A stretch of 64,000 bases of DNA from the human T2T-CHM13v2.0 reference genome, Homo sapiens: the NCBI RefSeq assembly GCF_009914755.1, contig NC_060946.1, one strand, 5' to 3'. Numbering within the stretch: position 1 is the first letter of the stretch; each line of letters opens with the position of its first letter. Below the pieces are notes generated by a model, which saw only the letters and a list, made by a program, of their open reading frames with translations, had not been told where the DNA came from and made no database searches. A program made the position numbers and the translations under genes. This document shows, piece by piece, positions 16,801-52,100 of this stretch.

Positions 16801-17741
16801 GAAGTTCCTCAGAAATCTTTTTTGTAGTTTTTATATGAAGGTATTTCCTTTTCCACCATAGGCCGAAAAGGGCTCCAAATATCCTCTTGCAGATTCTACA
16901 AAAAGAGAGATTCAAAACTGCTCAATCAAAAGAAAGTTTCAACTCTGTGAGTTTAATGCACACTTAACAAAGGTGTTTCTCAGAATGCTTCCGTGTAGTT
17001 TTCTGTTTTACAAACAGAAATTTTCAAAACTGCTGAATAAAAAGAAAGGTTCAACATTGTGAGATGAATGCACACATCACACAGAAGTTTCTCAGAATGA
17101 TTCTGTGCAGTTTATATGTAAAGATATTTCCTTTTCCACAATAGGAATCTAAGTGCTCCGAATATCAACTTGCAGATTCTACATAAAAAGTTTTTCAAAA
17201 CTGCTCAATCAAAGGGAAGGTTCAACTCTGTGAGATGAATGCACACATCGCAAAGAGGTTTCTTGGAATGCTTCTGTGTAGATTTCATGTGAAGATATTT
17301 TCTTTTCAACAATAGGCCTCAAAGCGCTCCAATTATCCGCTTGCAGATTCTACAAACAGAGTGTTTCAAAACTGCTAAATGAAAAGAAAGATTCATCTCT
17401 GTGAGATGAATGTGCACATCACCATGAAGTTTCTCAGAATGCTTCTGTGTAGTTTTTCTGTGAAGATATTTCCTTTTCCACAGTAGACCTCAAATCTCTC
17501 CAAATATCCACTCACAGATTATGCAAAAAGAGAGATTCAAAACTGCTCAATCAAAAGATAGGTTCGACTCCGTGAGTTGAATGCACACAAAACAAAGAAG
17601 TTTCTCAGAATGCTGCTGTGTAGCTTTTATGTGAAGATATTTCCTTTTGCACAATAGGCGTCAAATCGATCCAAATTTACACTTGCAGATTCTACAAAAA
17701 GAGTGTTTCAAAACTGCTCAATCAAAACATAGGTTCAATTC
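10851..17741 (-). repeat. Alpha satellite, divergent monomeric, layer X
   Basis: Same monomer pattern as 1-4684; resumes in register after the L1. Confidence 0.98.
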
Positions 17742-18006
17742 CTTTTTTTTCCATGTTTTCTATTCTTTTTTTTAATTTCTTTTTTTTATTATTATACTTT
17801 AAGTTTTAGGGTACATGTGCACATTGTGCAGGTTAATTACATACGTATACATGTGCCATGCTGGTGTGCTGCACCCACTAACTCGTCATCTAGCATTAGG
17901 TATATCTCCCAATGCTACCCCTCCCCCCTCCCCCCACCCCACAACAGTCCCCAGAGTGTGATGTTCCCCTTCCTGTGTCCATGTGATCTCATTGTTCAAT
18001 TCCCAC
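17742..18006 (-). mobile_element. Severely 5'-truncated L1PA (3'UTR only, ~265 bp)
   Basis: L1 3'UTR (GCTAGATGACGAGTTAGTGGG type) plus A-rich tail; perfect TSD CAAAACATAGGTTCAATTC at 17723-17741 and 18006-18024. Confidence 0.95.
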
Positions 18007-21000
18007 AAAACATAGGTTCAATTCTGTGAGCTGAATGCACTCTACACAAACATGTTTCTCAGAATACTTCTGTGTAATCTTTATGTGAAGACATTTCTTT
18101 TTCTACCATAGGCCACAAAGGGCTCCAAATATCCACTTGCACATTCTACAAAAAGAGTGTTTCAAAACTGCTCAATCAAAAGAAAGGTTCAACTCTGTGA
18201 GGTGAATGCACACATCACAAAGAAGCTTATCTGATTGTTTCAGCAGAGATTTATATGAGGATACTTCCTTTTCTACCATTGGCCACAAAGGGCTCCAAAT
18301 GTCCACTTGCAGATTCTACAGAAAGAGTGTCTCCGAACTGCTCAGTCAAAAGGAAGGTTCATCTGTGTGAGATGAACGCACGCATCAGAAAAAAGTTTCA
18401 CAGAATTCTTCTCTCCAGTTTTCATGTGAAGATATTTGCTTTTCCACCAGAGGCCTCAAAGCCCTCCAAATGTCCACTTGAAGATTCTACAAAAAGAGTG
18501 TTTCCAAATTGCTCCATGAAAAGAAACTTTGAACTCTGTGAGATGAACGCACACATCACAAAGAAGTTTCTCAGAACTCTTCTGTCTCGTTTTTATGTGA
18601 AAGTATTTCTTTTCCCTCTAGAGGCCTCAAGGTGCTCGAAATGTCCACTTGCAGATTCTACAAAAAGAGTATTTCGTTACTGGTCCATTAAAAGAAAGGT
18701 TCAACTCTGGGATATGAATGCACACATCATGAAGAAGTTATTCAGAATGCTTCTATCTAGTTTTTATTGAAGATATTTCCTTTTCCACCATCGGCCTCAA
18801 AGCCCTCCAAATGTGCACTTGCAGATTACACAAAAAGAGAGTTTGAAAACTACTCAATCAAAAGAAAGGTTTAACTCTGGAATATGAAGACACACATCAC
18901 AAAGAAGTTTTTCAGATAGCTTCTGTCTAGATTTTATGTGTAGATATTTCCTTTTCTACCATAGTCTGCAAAACACTCCAAATGTCCACTTGCAGATTCT
19001 ACAAAATGAAGTTTTTCAAAACTCCTCAATCAAAAGAAATGTTCAACTCTTTGAGATGAATGCACACATCAAAAAGAAGTTTCTCAGAATACTTCTGTCT
19101 AGTTTTTATGTGAGAATACTTCCTTTTCCAACATAGAACTCAAAGCGCTCCAAATGGCCACTTGCAGGTTCTACAAAAAGAGAGTTTCCAAACTGCTCAA
19201 TCAAAAGAAAAGTTTAACACTGTCAGATGAATGCCCACTTCACAAAGAAGTTTCTCAGATTGCTTCTGTCTAGACGTTATATGAAGATATTTCCCTTTCT
19301 ACCATAGGCCGCCACACGCTCCAAATGTCCCCTGGCAGATTCTACAAAAAGAGTGTTTCCAAACTGCTCAAACCAAAGAAAGGTTCAACTCTGTGAGATG
19401 AATGCATGCTTCACAAGGAAGTTTTTCAGAATTCTTCTGTCTAGCTTTGATGTGAAGATATTTCCTTTTCCACCTTAGTCCTCAAAGCCCTCAAAATGTC
19501 CACTTGCAGAAACTACAAAAAGAGATTTTCCAAACTGCTCAATCAAAAGAAAGGTTCAACTCTGTCCGATGAATGCACACATCACAAGGAAGTTTCTCAT
19601 AATTCTTCTGTCTAGTTTTTATGTGAAGATAATTCCTTTTCCACCATAGGCCTCAAAGTGATCCAAATGTCCACTTGCAGATTCTACAAAAAGAGAGTTT
19701 CAAAACTGCTCAATCAAAAGAAATGTTTAACTCTATGAGATGAATGCACACATCACAAAGAAGTTTCTCAGGTTGCTTCGGCAGAGATTTATTTGAAGAT
19801 ACTTCCTTTTCTACCATGGGCAGCAAACGGCTCCAAATGTCCACTTGCAGATTCTACAGAAAGAGTGTCTCCAAACTGCTCAATCAAAAGGAAGGTTCAT
19901 CTGTGTGAGATGAACACACGCATCAGAAAAAAGTTTCACAGAATTCTTCTCTCCAGTTTTCATGTGAAGATATTTGCTTTTCCACCAGAGGTCTCAAAGC
20001 CCTCCAAATGTCCACTTGAAGATTCTACAAAAAGAGTGTTTCCAAATTGCTCCATGAAAAGAAACTTTGAACTCTGTGACATGAACGCACACATCACAAA
20101 GAAGTTTCTCAGAACTCTTCTGTCTAGTTTTTATGTGAAGATATTTCCTTTTCCACCATAGGCCTCAAAGCGCTCCAAATATCCACTTGCAGATTTGACA
20201 AAAGGAGAGTTTCAAAACTCCTCAATCCAAAGAAAGGTTTAACTCTCTTAGATGAAAGCACACATCACAAGGACATTTGTCAGGTTGCTTCTGTCTAGAT
20301 TTTATGTGAAGATATTTCCTTTTCTACCACAGGCCCCAAAGTGCTTCAAATATCCACTTGTAGATTCCACAAAAAGAATGTTTCCAAGCAGCTCAATCAA
20401 AAAAGAGGTTCACTTCTGTGAGATGAATGCACACATCACAGAGAAGTTGCTCAGAATTCTTCTGTCTAGTTTTTATGTGAGGATATTTCCTTTTCCACCA
20501 GAGGCCTTAATGCCCTCCAAATATCGACTTGCGGATTCTACAAAAAGAGAGTTTCAAAACTCCTCAATCAAAAGAAAGGTTTAACTCTCAGGGGCATGCA
20601 CAAAACACAAAGTAGTTTCTCTGATTGCTTATGTCTAGATTTTATGTGAAGATAGTCCCTTTTCTACCATAGGTGGCAAAGCACACCAAATGTCCACTTG
20701 CAGATTCTCCAAATAGAGGGTTTACAAATTTCTCTATCAAAAGAAAGGTCCAACTCTGTGAGATGAACGCACACATCACCTAGAAGTTGCTCAGAATACT
20801 TGTGTTTAGTTTTTATGTGAAGATATTTCATTTTCCACCATAGGCCTCAAGGTGCTCGAAATGTCCAACTGCAAATTCTACAAAAAGATTATTTCATAAC
20901 CGGTCCATCAAAAAAAAGGTTCAACTCTGGGAAATGAATGCACACATCACAAAGAAGTTTCTCTGAATGCTTCTATCCAGTTTTTATGTGAAGGTATTTC

Positions 21001-21497
21001 CTTTTACACCATAGGCCTCAAAGTGCTCCAAATGTCCACTTGCAGATTCTACAAAAAGAGAGTTTCAAAACTGCTCAATCAAAAGAAATGGTTAACTCTG
21101 TGAGATGAATGCACACAAGAAAAAGTCGTTTCTAAGATTGCTTCTGTCTAGATTTTTTGTGAAGATATTTCCTTTTCTACCATAGGCCACAAAACGCTCC
21201 AAATGTCCACTTGCAGGTTCTACAAAAAGAGTGTTTCCAAACTGCTCAATCAAAAGAAAGGTTCAACCCTGCCAGATGAATGCACACATCACAAAGAATT
21301 CTCTCAGAATTCTTCTGTCTAGTTTTTATGTGAAGATAATTCCTTTTCTTCCATAGGCCTAAAAGCATTCCAAATGTCCACTTGCAGATTCTGCAAAAAG
21401 AGATTTCCAAAACTGCTCAATCAAAAGGAAGGTTTAAGTCTGTGAGATGAAAGCACACATCACAAAAAGTTTCTCAGATTGTTTCTGTCTAGATTTT
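18007..21497 (-). repeat. Alpha satellite; layer X to ~18.2 kb, then dimeric layer Y
   Basis: From ~18230 monomers switch to TGTCTAG / AATGTCC and alternate AGATTGCTTCTGTCTAGATTTT with AGAATTCTTCTGTCTAGTTTTT. Confidence 0.96.
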
Positions 21498-27317
<5,820 letters not shown>

Positions 27318-30300
27318 CTGAAACACAATTTTTGTGCTATCTGCAAGTGGACTTTTGGAGTGCTTTGAGGCCTATGGTTGATAAGGAAATATCTTCACAT
27401 AAAAACTAGACAGAAGCATTCTGACAAATTTCTTTGAGATGTGTGCACTCATCTCACAGAGTAGAACATTTCTTTCGATTGAGTAATTTGGTAACTCTCT
27501 GTAGAATCTGCAACTGGATATTTGGAGCACTATGAGGCCTATGGTTGAAAAGGAAGTATCTTCACTTAAGAACTAGACAGAAACATTCTGACAAACTTCT
27601 TTGTGATGTGTGCATTCATCTCACAGAGTTGAACCATTCTTTTGATTGAGCAGTTTTGAAACACTCTCTTTGTAGAATCTGCAAATGGACATTTGGAGGG
27701 CTTTGTGACCTATGGTGGAAAAGGAAATATCTTCACATAAAAACTATTCTGAAACATTCTGACAAACTCCTTTGTGATGCATGCATTCATCTCATGGAGT
27801 TGAAACTTCCTTTGCATTGAGCAGTTTTGAAAAACCCTTTTTGTAGAATCTGCAAGTGTACACTTGGAGTGCTTTGAGGCCTATTGTCGAAAAGGTAAAA
27901 AAGTCACATAAAATCTATACAGGATCATTCTTAGAAAATTCTTACTGATGTGATAATTTATCTCACAGAGTTTAATCTTTCTTTTGATTGAGTAGTTGTG
28001 AAACACTCTTTGTAGAATTTCCACGTGGACGTTTGGCCACTTAGAGGCCTATGTTGGAAAAGGAAATATCTTCACATTAAAACTAGACAGAAGCTTTCTG
28101 AGGTACTTCTTTGTGATGTGTGCATTCATCTCAGAGAGTTGAACCTTTCTTATGAATGAGCAGTTTGGAAAAACTCTTTTTGTAGAATCTGCAATTGGAC
28201 ATTTGGAGCGCTTTGCAGCCTATGTTGGAAAAGGAATCATCTCACATAAAAACTAGACAGAAGCAACCTGACAAACTTCTTTGTGATGTCTGCATTCATC
28301 TCAAATGGTTGAACCTTACTTTCGATTGAGCAGTTTTGAAACACTCATTTTGTAGAATCTGCAATTGGTCATTTGGAGTGCTTTGAGGCCTATGATGCAA
28401 AACGAAATATCTTCACATATTAACTAGACAGAAGCATTCTGAGAAACTTCTTTGTGATGTGTGCATTCCTCTCACAGAGCTGAATATTTCTTTTGATTGA
28501 GCAGCTTTGAAACACTCTTTTTGTAGAATCTGCAAGTGGACATTTGCTGCACTTTGCAAACTATGGTGGAAAAGGGAATATCTTCACATAAAAACTAGAC
28601 TGAATCATTCTGAGAAAATACTTTGTGATGTGTGCATTCATCTCATAGAGTTGAACATTGCTTTTGATTGAGCAGTTTTGAAACACGCTTTTTGTACTAT
28701 CTGGAAGTGGATATTTGGAGTGCTTTGAGGCCTATGGTGGAGAAGGAAATATCTTTGCATAAAAACTAGACAGAAACATTCTTACAAATTCCTTTGTGAT
28801 TGTGTGCATTTATCTCACAGAGTTGAACCTTTCCTTTGATTGAGTAGTTTGGAAACCCTCTTTTTGTAGAATTGGCAAGTGGACATTTGAGTGCTTTGAG
28901 GCCTATGGTGGAAAAAGAAATATCTTCAATTAAAAATTAGACAGAAGCATTCTGAGCGATTTCTTTGTGATGTGTGCATTCATGTCACAGAGTTGAAATT
29001 TTCTTTTGATTGAACAGTTTTGAAACACTCTTTTTGTAAAATCTGCAACTGGACATTTGGAGCACTTTGAGGACTATGATGGAAAAGGCAATATCTTCAC
29101 ATAAAAACTAGACATAAGCATAATGAGAAATTTCTTTGTGATGTGTGCATTCATCTCACAGAGTTGAACTTTTCTTTTGTTTGAGCAGCTTAAAAACACT
29201 CTTTTTGTAGAATCTGCAAGTGAACTTTTGGAGTGCTTTGAGGCCTATGGCGGAAAAGGAAATATCTTCACATAAAAACTATGGAGAAAGATTCGCCAAA
29301 TTTCGTCATAATGGGTGCATTCATCTTATGGAGTTGAAAATTAGTTTTGAATGACCAATTTGAAACACTCTTTTTGTAGAATCTGCACATAGACATTTGG
29401 AGCACTTTGAGGCCTATGGTGGAAAATGAAATATCTTCACATAAAAACTAGAAAGAAGCATTATGAAAAAATTTTGTGATGTGTGCATTCATCTCACAGA
29501 GTTGGACCTTTCTTTTGATTGAGCAGTTTTGAAACACTCTTTTTGTAGAATCTGCAAGCAGACATTTGGAGCGCCTTGATTCCTATGGTCGATAACGAAA
29601 TATCTTCCTTTAACAACTAGACAGAAGCATGGTGAGAAATTTCTTTGTGATGTGTGCATTCATCTCACAGAGTTGAACCTTTCTTTAGATTGAGCAGCTT
29701 TGAAACACGCTTTTTGTAGGATCTGCAAGTGGTCATTTGGAACACTTTGAGGCCTATGGTGGAAAAGGAAATATCTTCAGATAAAAACTAGACAGAAGCA
29801 TTCTACCAAACATCTTTGTGATGTGTGCATTCATCTCACAGAATTGAATCTTACTTTTGATTGAGGAGTTTTGAAAGACGCTTTTTGTACTATTTGCAAG
29901 TGGACATTTGGAGTGATTTGAGGCCTATGGTGGAAAAGGAAATATCTTCACATGAGAACTAGACAGAAGCATCTTGACAAATTTCTTCATCATGTGTGCA
30001 TTCATCTCACAAAGTTGAACCTTACTTTTCATTGAGCAGTTTTGAAACACTGTTATTGTAGAATTTGCAAGTGGACATTTAGAGCGCTGTGAGACCAATG
30101 GTGGAAAAGGAAAAATCTTCACATAAAAACTAGACAGAAGCATTGTGACAAACTTCTTTGTGATGTGTGCATTCATCTCACAGAGTTGAAACTTTCTTTT
30201 GATTGACCAGCTTTCATACTCTCTTTTTGTAGAATCTGGATGTGGACATTTGGAGCGCTTTGAGGCCCATGGTGGAAATGGTAATATCTTCCCATAAAAA

Positions 30301-32030
30301 CCAGACAGAAGCATTCTGACAAACTTCTTTTTGATGTGTGCATTCATCTCACAGAGTTGAACTTTCTTTTGATTGAGCAGCTTTGAAACACTCTTTTTGT
30401 AGAATCTGCAAGTGAACATTTGGAGTGCTTTTTGGTGTCTGGTGGAAAAAGAAGTATCTTTATGTAATAACTAGAGAGAAGCATTCTGACACACTTCTTT
30501 GAGATGTGTGCATTCATCTCACAGAGTTGAACCTTTCTTTTGATTGTGCAGTTTTTAAACAATGTTTTTGTAGAATCTACAAGTGGACATTTGGAGCGCT
30601 TTGAAGCCTATGGTGGAAAAGGAAATATCTTCACATAAAAACTAGAAAGAAGCATTCTGACAAACTTCTTTGTGACGTGTGCATTCATCTCACAGAGTTG
30701 AAACTTTCCTTTGATTGAGCAGCTTTAAGCACCTTTTTTGTAGAATCTGCGAGTGGACTTTTGAAGCGCTTTGAAGCCTATGGTGAACAAAGGAATATCT
30801 TCACATAAAAACTAGACACAAGAATTCTGACAAACTTCTTTGTGATTTCTTTATTCGTCTCAGAGAGGTGACCCTTACTTTTGATTGAGCAGATTTGAAA
30901 CACTTTTTTTGTAGAATCTGGAAGTGGACATTTGGGGCCCTTTGAGGCCTATGGTGGAAATGGAAATATCTTCACATAAAAACCAGGCAGAAGCATTCTG
31001 ATAAACTTCTTTGTGATCTGTGCATTCATCTCACCGAGTTGAACATTTCTTTTGATTCGGCAGCTTTGAAACACTCTTTTTTTTGAATCTGCAAGTGGAC
31101 ATTTGGAGCGCTTTGTATCCTATGGTGGAAAAGGATATATCATCACATAAAAACTAGATAGAAGCATTCTGACAAACTTGTCTGTGATGTGTGCATTCAT
31201 CTCACAGAGTTGACCCTTACTTTTCATTGTGGAGTTTTGAAACACTGTTTTTGTAGAATCTGCAAGTGGACATTTGGAGGGCTTTGAGGCCTATAGTGTA
31301 AAAGGAAATATCTTCACAAAAAAACTAGACAGAAGCATTCTGACAATCTTATTTGTGATGTGTGCAATCATCTCACAGAGTTTAACCTTTCTTTCGATTG
31401 AGCAGCTTTGAATCACTCTTTTTGTAGAATCTGCAAGTGGATATTTTGAGCGCTTTGAGGCTTATGGTGGAAAAGGAAATACCTTCACATAAAAACTAGA
31501 CAGAAGGATTCTGACAAAATTCTTTGTGATGTGTGCATTCATCAGAGAGTTGAACCTTACTTTTCATTGAGCAGTTTTGAAACACTCTTTTTGTAGAATC
31601 TGCAAGTGTACATTTGGGGTGCTTTAAGGCCTTTATTGGAAAAGGAAATATCTTCATATAAAAACTATACAGAAGCATTCGGACAAACTTTGTGACGTGC
31701 GTTTTCATCTCACAGAGTTAAAACTTTCTTTTGATTCAGCAGCTTTTAAACACCCTTTTTGTAGGATCTGCTAGGGGACATTTGGAGCGATTTGAGGCCT
31801 ATGGTGGAAAAGGAATTATCTTCACATAACAACTAGACAAAAGAATTCTGAGAAACTTCTCTGTGATGTGTGTGTTCATGTCACAGAGTTGAACCTTTCT
31901 TTTGATTGAGCAGTTTGGAATCTCTTTTTGTAGAATCAGCAAGTGGACATTTGGAGGGCTTTGCAGCTATGGTAGAAAAGGATATATCGTCACATAAAAT
32001 CTAGACAGAAGCAATCTGATAAACTTGTTT
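27318..32030 (+). repeat. Alpha satellite; layer Z to ~31.8 kb, then layer Y
   Basis: CTAGACAGAAGCATTCTGACAAACTTC, AACCTTACTTTT and GAGCAGCTTTG variants; GAATTC/CAATC dimer types appear from ~31840. Confidence 0.96.
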
Positions 32031-48290
<16,260 letters not shown>

Positions 48291-49176
48291 AACAAATTTA
48301 CAAGAAAACAACAAACAACCCCATCTAAAAGTTGGTGAAGGACATGAACAGACACTTCTCAAAAGAAGACATTTATGCAGCCAAAAAACACATGAAAAAA
48401 TGCTCATCATCACTGGCCATCAGAGAAATGCAAATCAAAACCACAATGAGATACCATCTCACACCAGTTAGAATGGCAATCATTAAAAAGTCAGGAAACA
48501 ACAGGTGCTGGAGAGGATGTGGAGAAATAGGAACACTTTTACACTGTTGGTGGGACTGTAAACGAGTTCAACCATTGTGGAAATCAGTGTGACGATTCCT
48601 CAGGGATCTAGAACTGGAAATACCATTTGACCCAGCCATCCCCTTACTGGGTATAGGCCCAAAGGACTACAAATCATGCTGCTACAAAGACACATGCACA
48701 CGTATGTTTATTGTGGCACTATTCACAATAGCAAAGACTTTGAACCAACCCAAATGTCCAACAATGATAGACTGGATTAAGAAAATGTGGCATGTATACA
48801 CCATGGAATACTATGCAGCCATAAAAAATGATGAGTTCATGTCCTTTGTTGGGACATGGATGAAATTGAAAATCATCATTCTCAGTAAACTATCACAAGA
48901 ACAAAAAAACAAACACTGCATATTCTCACTCATAAGTGGGAATTGAACAATGAGAACACATGGACACAGGAAGGGGAACATCACACTCTGGCGACTGTTG
49001 TGTGGTGGGGGAGGGGAAAGGATAGCATTGGGAGATATACCTAATGCTAGATGACGAGTTAGTGGGTGCAGCACATCAGCATGGCACATGTATACATATG
49101 TAACTAACCTGAACAATGTGCACATGTACCCTAAAACTTAAAGGATAATAATAAAAAAATAAAAATAATAAAAAAA
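48291..49176 (+). mobile_element. 5'-truncated L1PA2/3-like element (~0.89 kb)
   Basis: ORF2 C-terminus ([12 protein letters not shown]...RCWRGCGE...HCWWDC), 3'UTR (GCTAGATGACGAGTTAGTGGG) and A-rich tail; no clear TSD. Confidence 0.95.
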
Positions 49177-52100
49177 TACTAGACAGAAAAATTCTGAGAA
49201 ACTTCTTTGTGATGTGTGCTTTAATCTCACAGAGTTGAACCTTCCTTTTGATTGAGCAATTTTTAAACGCTCTTTTTGTAGTATCTGCAAGTGGACATTT
49301 GTAGCACTTTGCAGCCTATGGTAAAAAAGGAAATACCTTCACATAAAATCTATACAGAAGTGATCTGAGAAACTTCTTTGTGATGTGTGCGTTCATATCA
49401 CAGAGTTGAGCTTTTCTTTTGATTGAGCGCTTTGGAAACTCTCTTTTTGTAGAATCTGCAAATGGACATTTGGAGCGCTTTCTGGTCTATGGTAGAAAAG
49501 GAAATATCTTCACATGAAATCTAGACAGAAGCAATCTGAGAAACTTCTTTAGGATGTGTGCCTCCATCTCACAGAGTTAAATCTTTCTTTTGATAGAGCA
49601 GTTCTGAAACTCTCTTTTTGCAGAATCTGCAAGTGGATATTTGGAGCAATTTGAGGCCTATGGTGGAAAAGGTAATATCTTCAAATAAAAACTACACAGA
49701 AGAATTCTGACAAACTACTCTGTGATGTGTGCATTCATCTCACATAGTTGAACTTTCTTTCAATTGAGCAAGTTGGAAACATTGTTTTTGTAGCTCCATG
49801 TGGATATTTGCAGAGGTTTGAGGCCTATGGTGGAAAAGGAAATATCTTCACATAAAAACTAGACAGAGGAATTCTGAGAAACTTCTTTGTGTTGTGTGTG
49901 TTCATCTCACAGAGTTGAAACTTTCTTTTGATTGAGCAGTTTGGAAACACTCTTTTTGTAGAATCTGCAAGTGGATATTTGGAGCGCTTTGCAGCCTATT
50001 GTAGAAAAGGAAATACCTTCACATAAAATCCAGACAGAAGCAATCTGAGAAACTTCTTTGTGGTGTGTGCGTTCATCTCAGAGTTAACACTCTCTTTTGA
50101 TTGTGCAGTTTTGAAACTCTCTTTTTGTAGAATCTGCAAGTGGACATTTGGAGCACTTTGAGGCCTTTGGTGGAAAAGGACATATTTTCACATAAAAACT
50201 ACACAGAATAATTCTGAGAAACTTTTTGTGATGTGTTATACCTTTCTCACAAAGTTGAACCTTTCATTTGATTCAGCAGTTTGGAAACACTCTTTTTGTA
50301 GAATCTACAAATGGACATTTGGATCACTTTGCGGCCTATTGTAGAAAAGGAAATATCTTCACTTAAAATCTAGACAAAAGCAATCTCAGAAACTTCTTTG
50401 TGATGTGTGCATTCATCTCAAGAAGTTAAACCTTTATTTTCATTGAGTAGTTTTGAAACTCTCTTTTGTAGAATCTGCAAGTGGACATTTGGAGTGCTTT
50501 GAGGCCTATAGTGCAAAAGGAAATATCTTCACATAAAAACTAGATAGAAGCATTCTGAGAAACTTCTTTGTGATGTGTGCATTCATCTCTCAGAGTTGAA
50601 GCTTTCTTTTGGTGGAACAGTTTTGAAATACTCTTTTTGTAGGATCTGCAAGTGGACATTTTGAGAGCCTTCAGGCCTAAGGTGGAAAAGGAAGTATCTT
50701 CATATAAAAACTAGACAGAAGAATTCTGACAAACTTCTTTGTGATGAGTGCGTTCATCTCACAGAGTTGAACATTTCTTTTGATTAAGCAGTTTGGAAAC
50801 ACTCTTTTTGTAGAATCTGCAAGTGGACATTTGGAAAGCTTTGTGGCCTATGGTAGAAAAGGAAATATCATCACATAAAATCTAGACAGAAGCAATCTGA
50901 AGGACTTATTTGTTATGTGTGCATTCATCTCACACAGTTAAACTTTTTTTTGATTGAGCAGTTTTGAAACTCTCTTTTTGTAGAATCTGCAAGTGGACAT
51001 TTGGAGCGATTTGGGGCCTGTGGTGGAAAAGAAATTATCTTCACATAAAAACAAGGCAGAAGAATTCTGAGAAACTTCTTTGTGATGTGTGCATTCATCT
51101 CCCAGATTTGAACCATTCTTTTGACAGACCAGTTAGGAAATACACTTTTTGTAGGATATGCAAGCGTACATTTTTAGCGCTTTAAGGCCTATGGTGGAAA
51201 AGGAAATATCTTCATATAAAAACCAGTCAGAAGAATTCTGAGACACTTATTTGTGATGCGTGCATTCATCTCACAGGGTTGAACCTATCTTATGATTGAG
51301 CAGTATTGAAACACTCTCTTTCTAGAATCTGCAAGTGGATATTTGGAGTGCTTTGAGACCTACTGTGGAAAAGGAGATATCTTCACATAAAAACTACACA
51401 GAAACATTCTGAGAAACTTCTTTGTGATGTGTGGATTAATCTCACAGTGTTCAACCTTTATTTTGATTGAGCAGTTTTGAAACACTGTTTTTGTAGAATC
51501 TGTAAGTGGATATATGGAGCCCTTGGAGTCCTACGGTGGAAATGCATATATCTTCACATAAAAGCTGCACAGAAACATATTGAGAATTTTCTTTTTATTG
51601 AGCAGTTTTGAAACACTCTTTTTGTAGTATCTGCAAGTGGATATTTGGAGCACTTTGAGGCCTATTGTGGAAAAGGAAAGATGTTCACATAAAAACTACA
51701 GAGAAGCATTCTGAGACACATCTTTGTGATGTTTGCATTCAACTCACAGAGTTGTACCTATCTTTTGATTAAGCAGTTTTGCATCTCTCTTTTTGTGGAA
51801 TCTGCAAGTGGATAATTGGAGCCCTATGCCACCTACGGAGGAAAAGGAGATATCTTCAAATAAAAACTACACAGAGGCATTCTGAGAAACTTCTTTGTGA
51901 TGTATGTTTTCATCTCACAGAGTTGTACCTATCTTATGATTAAGCAGTTTTGAAACACTCTCTTTGTAGAATCTGCAAGTGGATACTTGGAGTGCTTTGA
52001 GGCCTACTATGGCAAAGAAATATCTTCACATAAAAACTACACAGAAGCATTCTGAGAAACTTCTTTGTGATGTGTGCATTCATCTCACAAAATTCCAACT

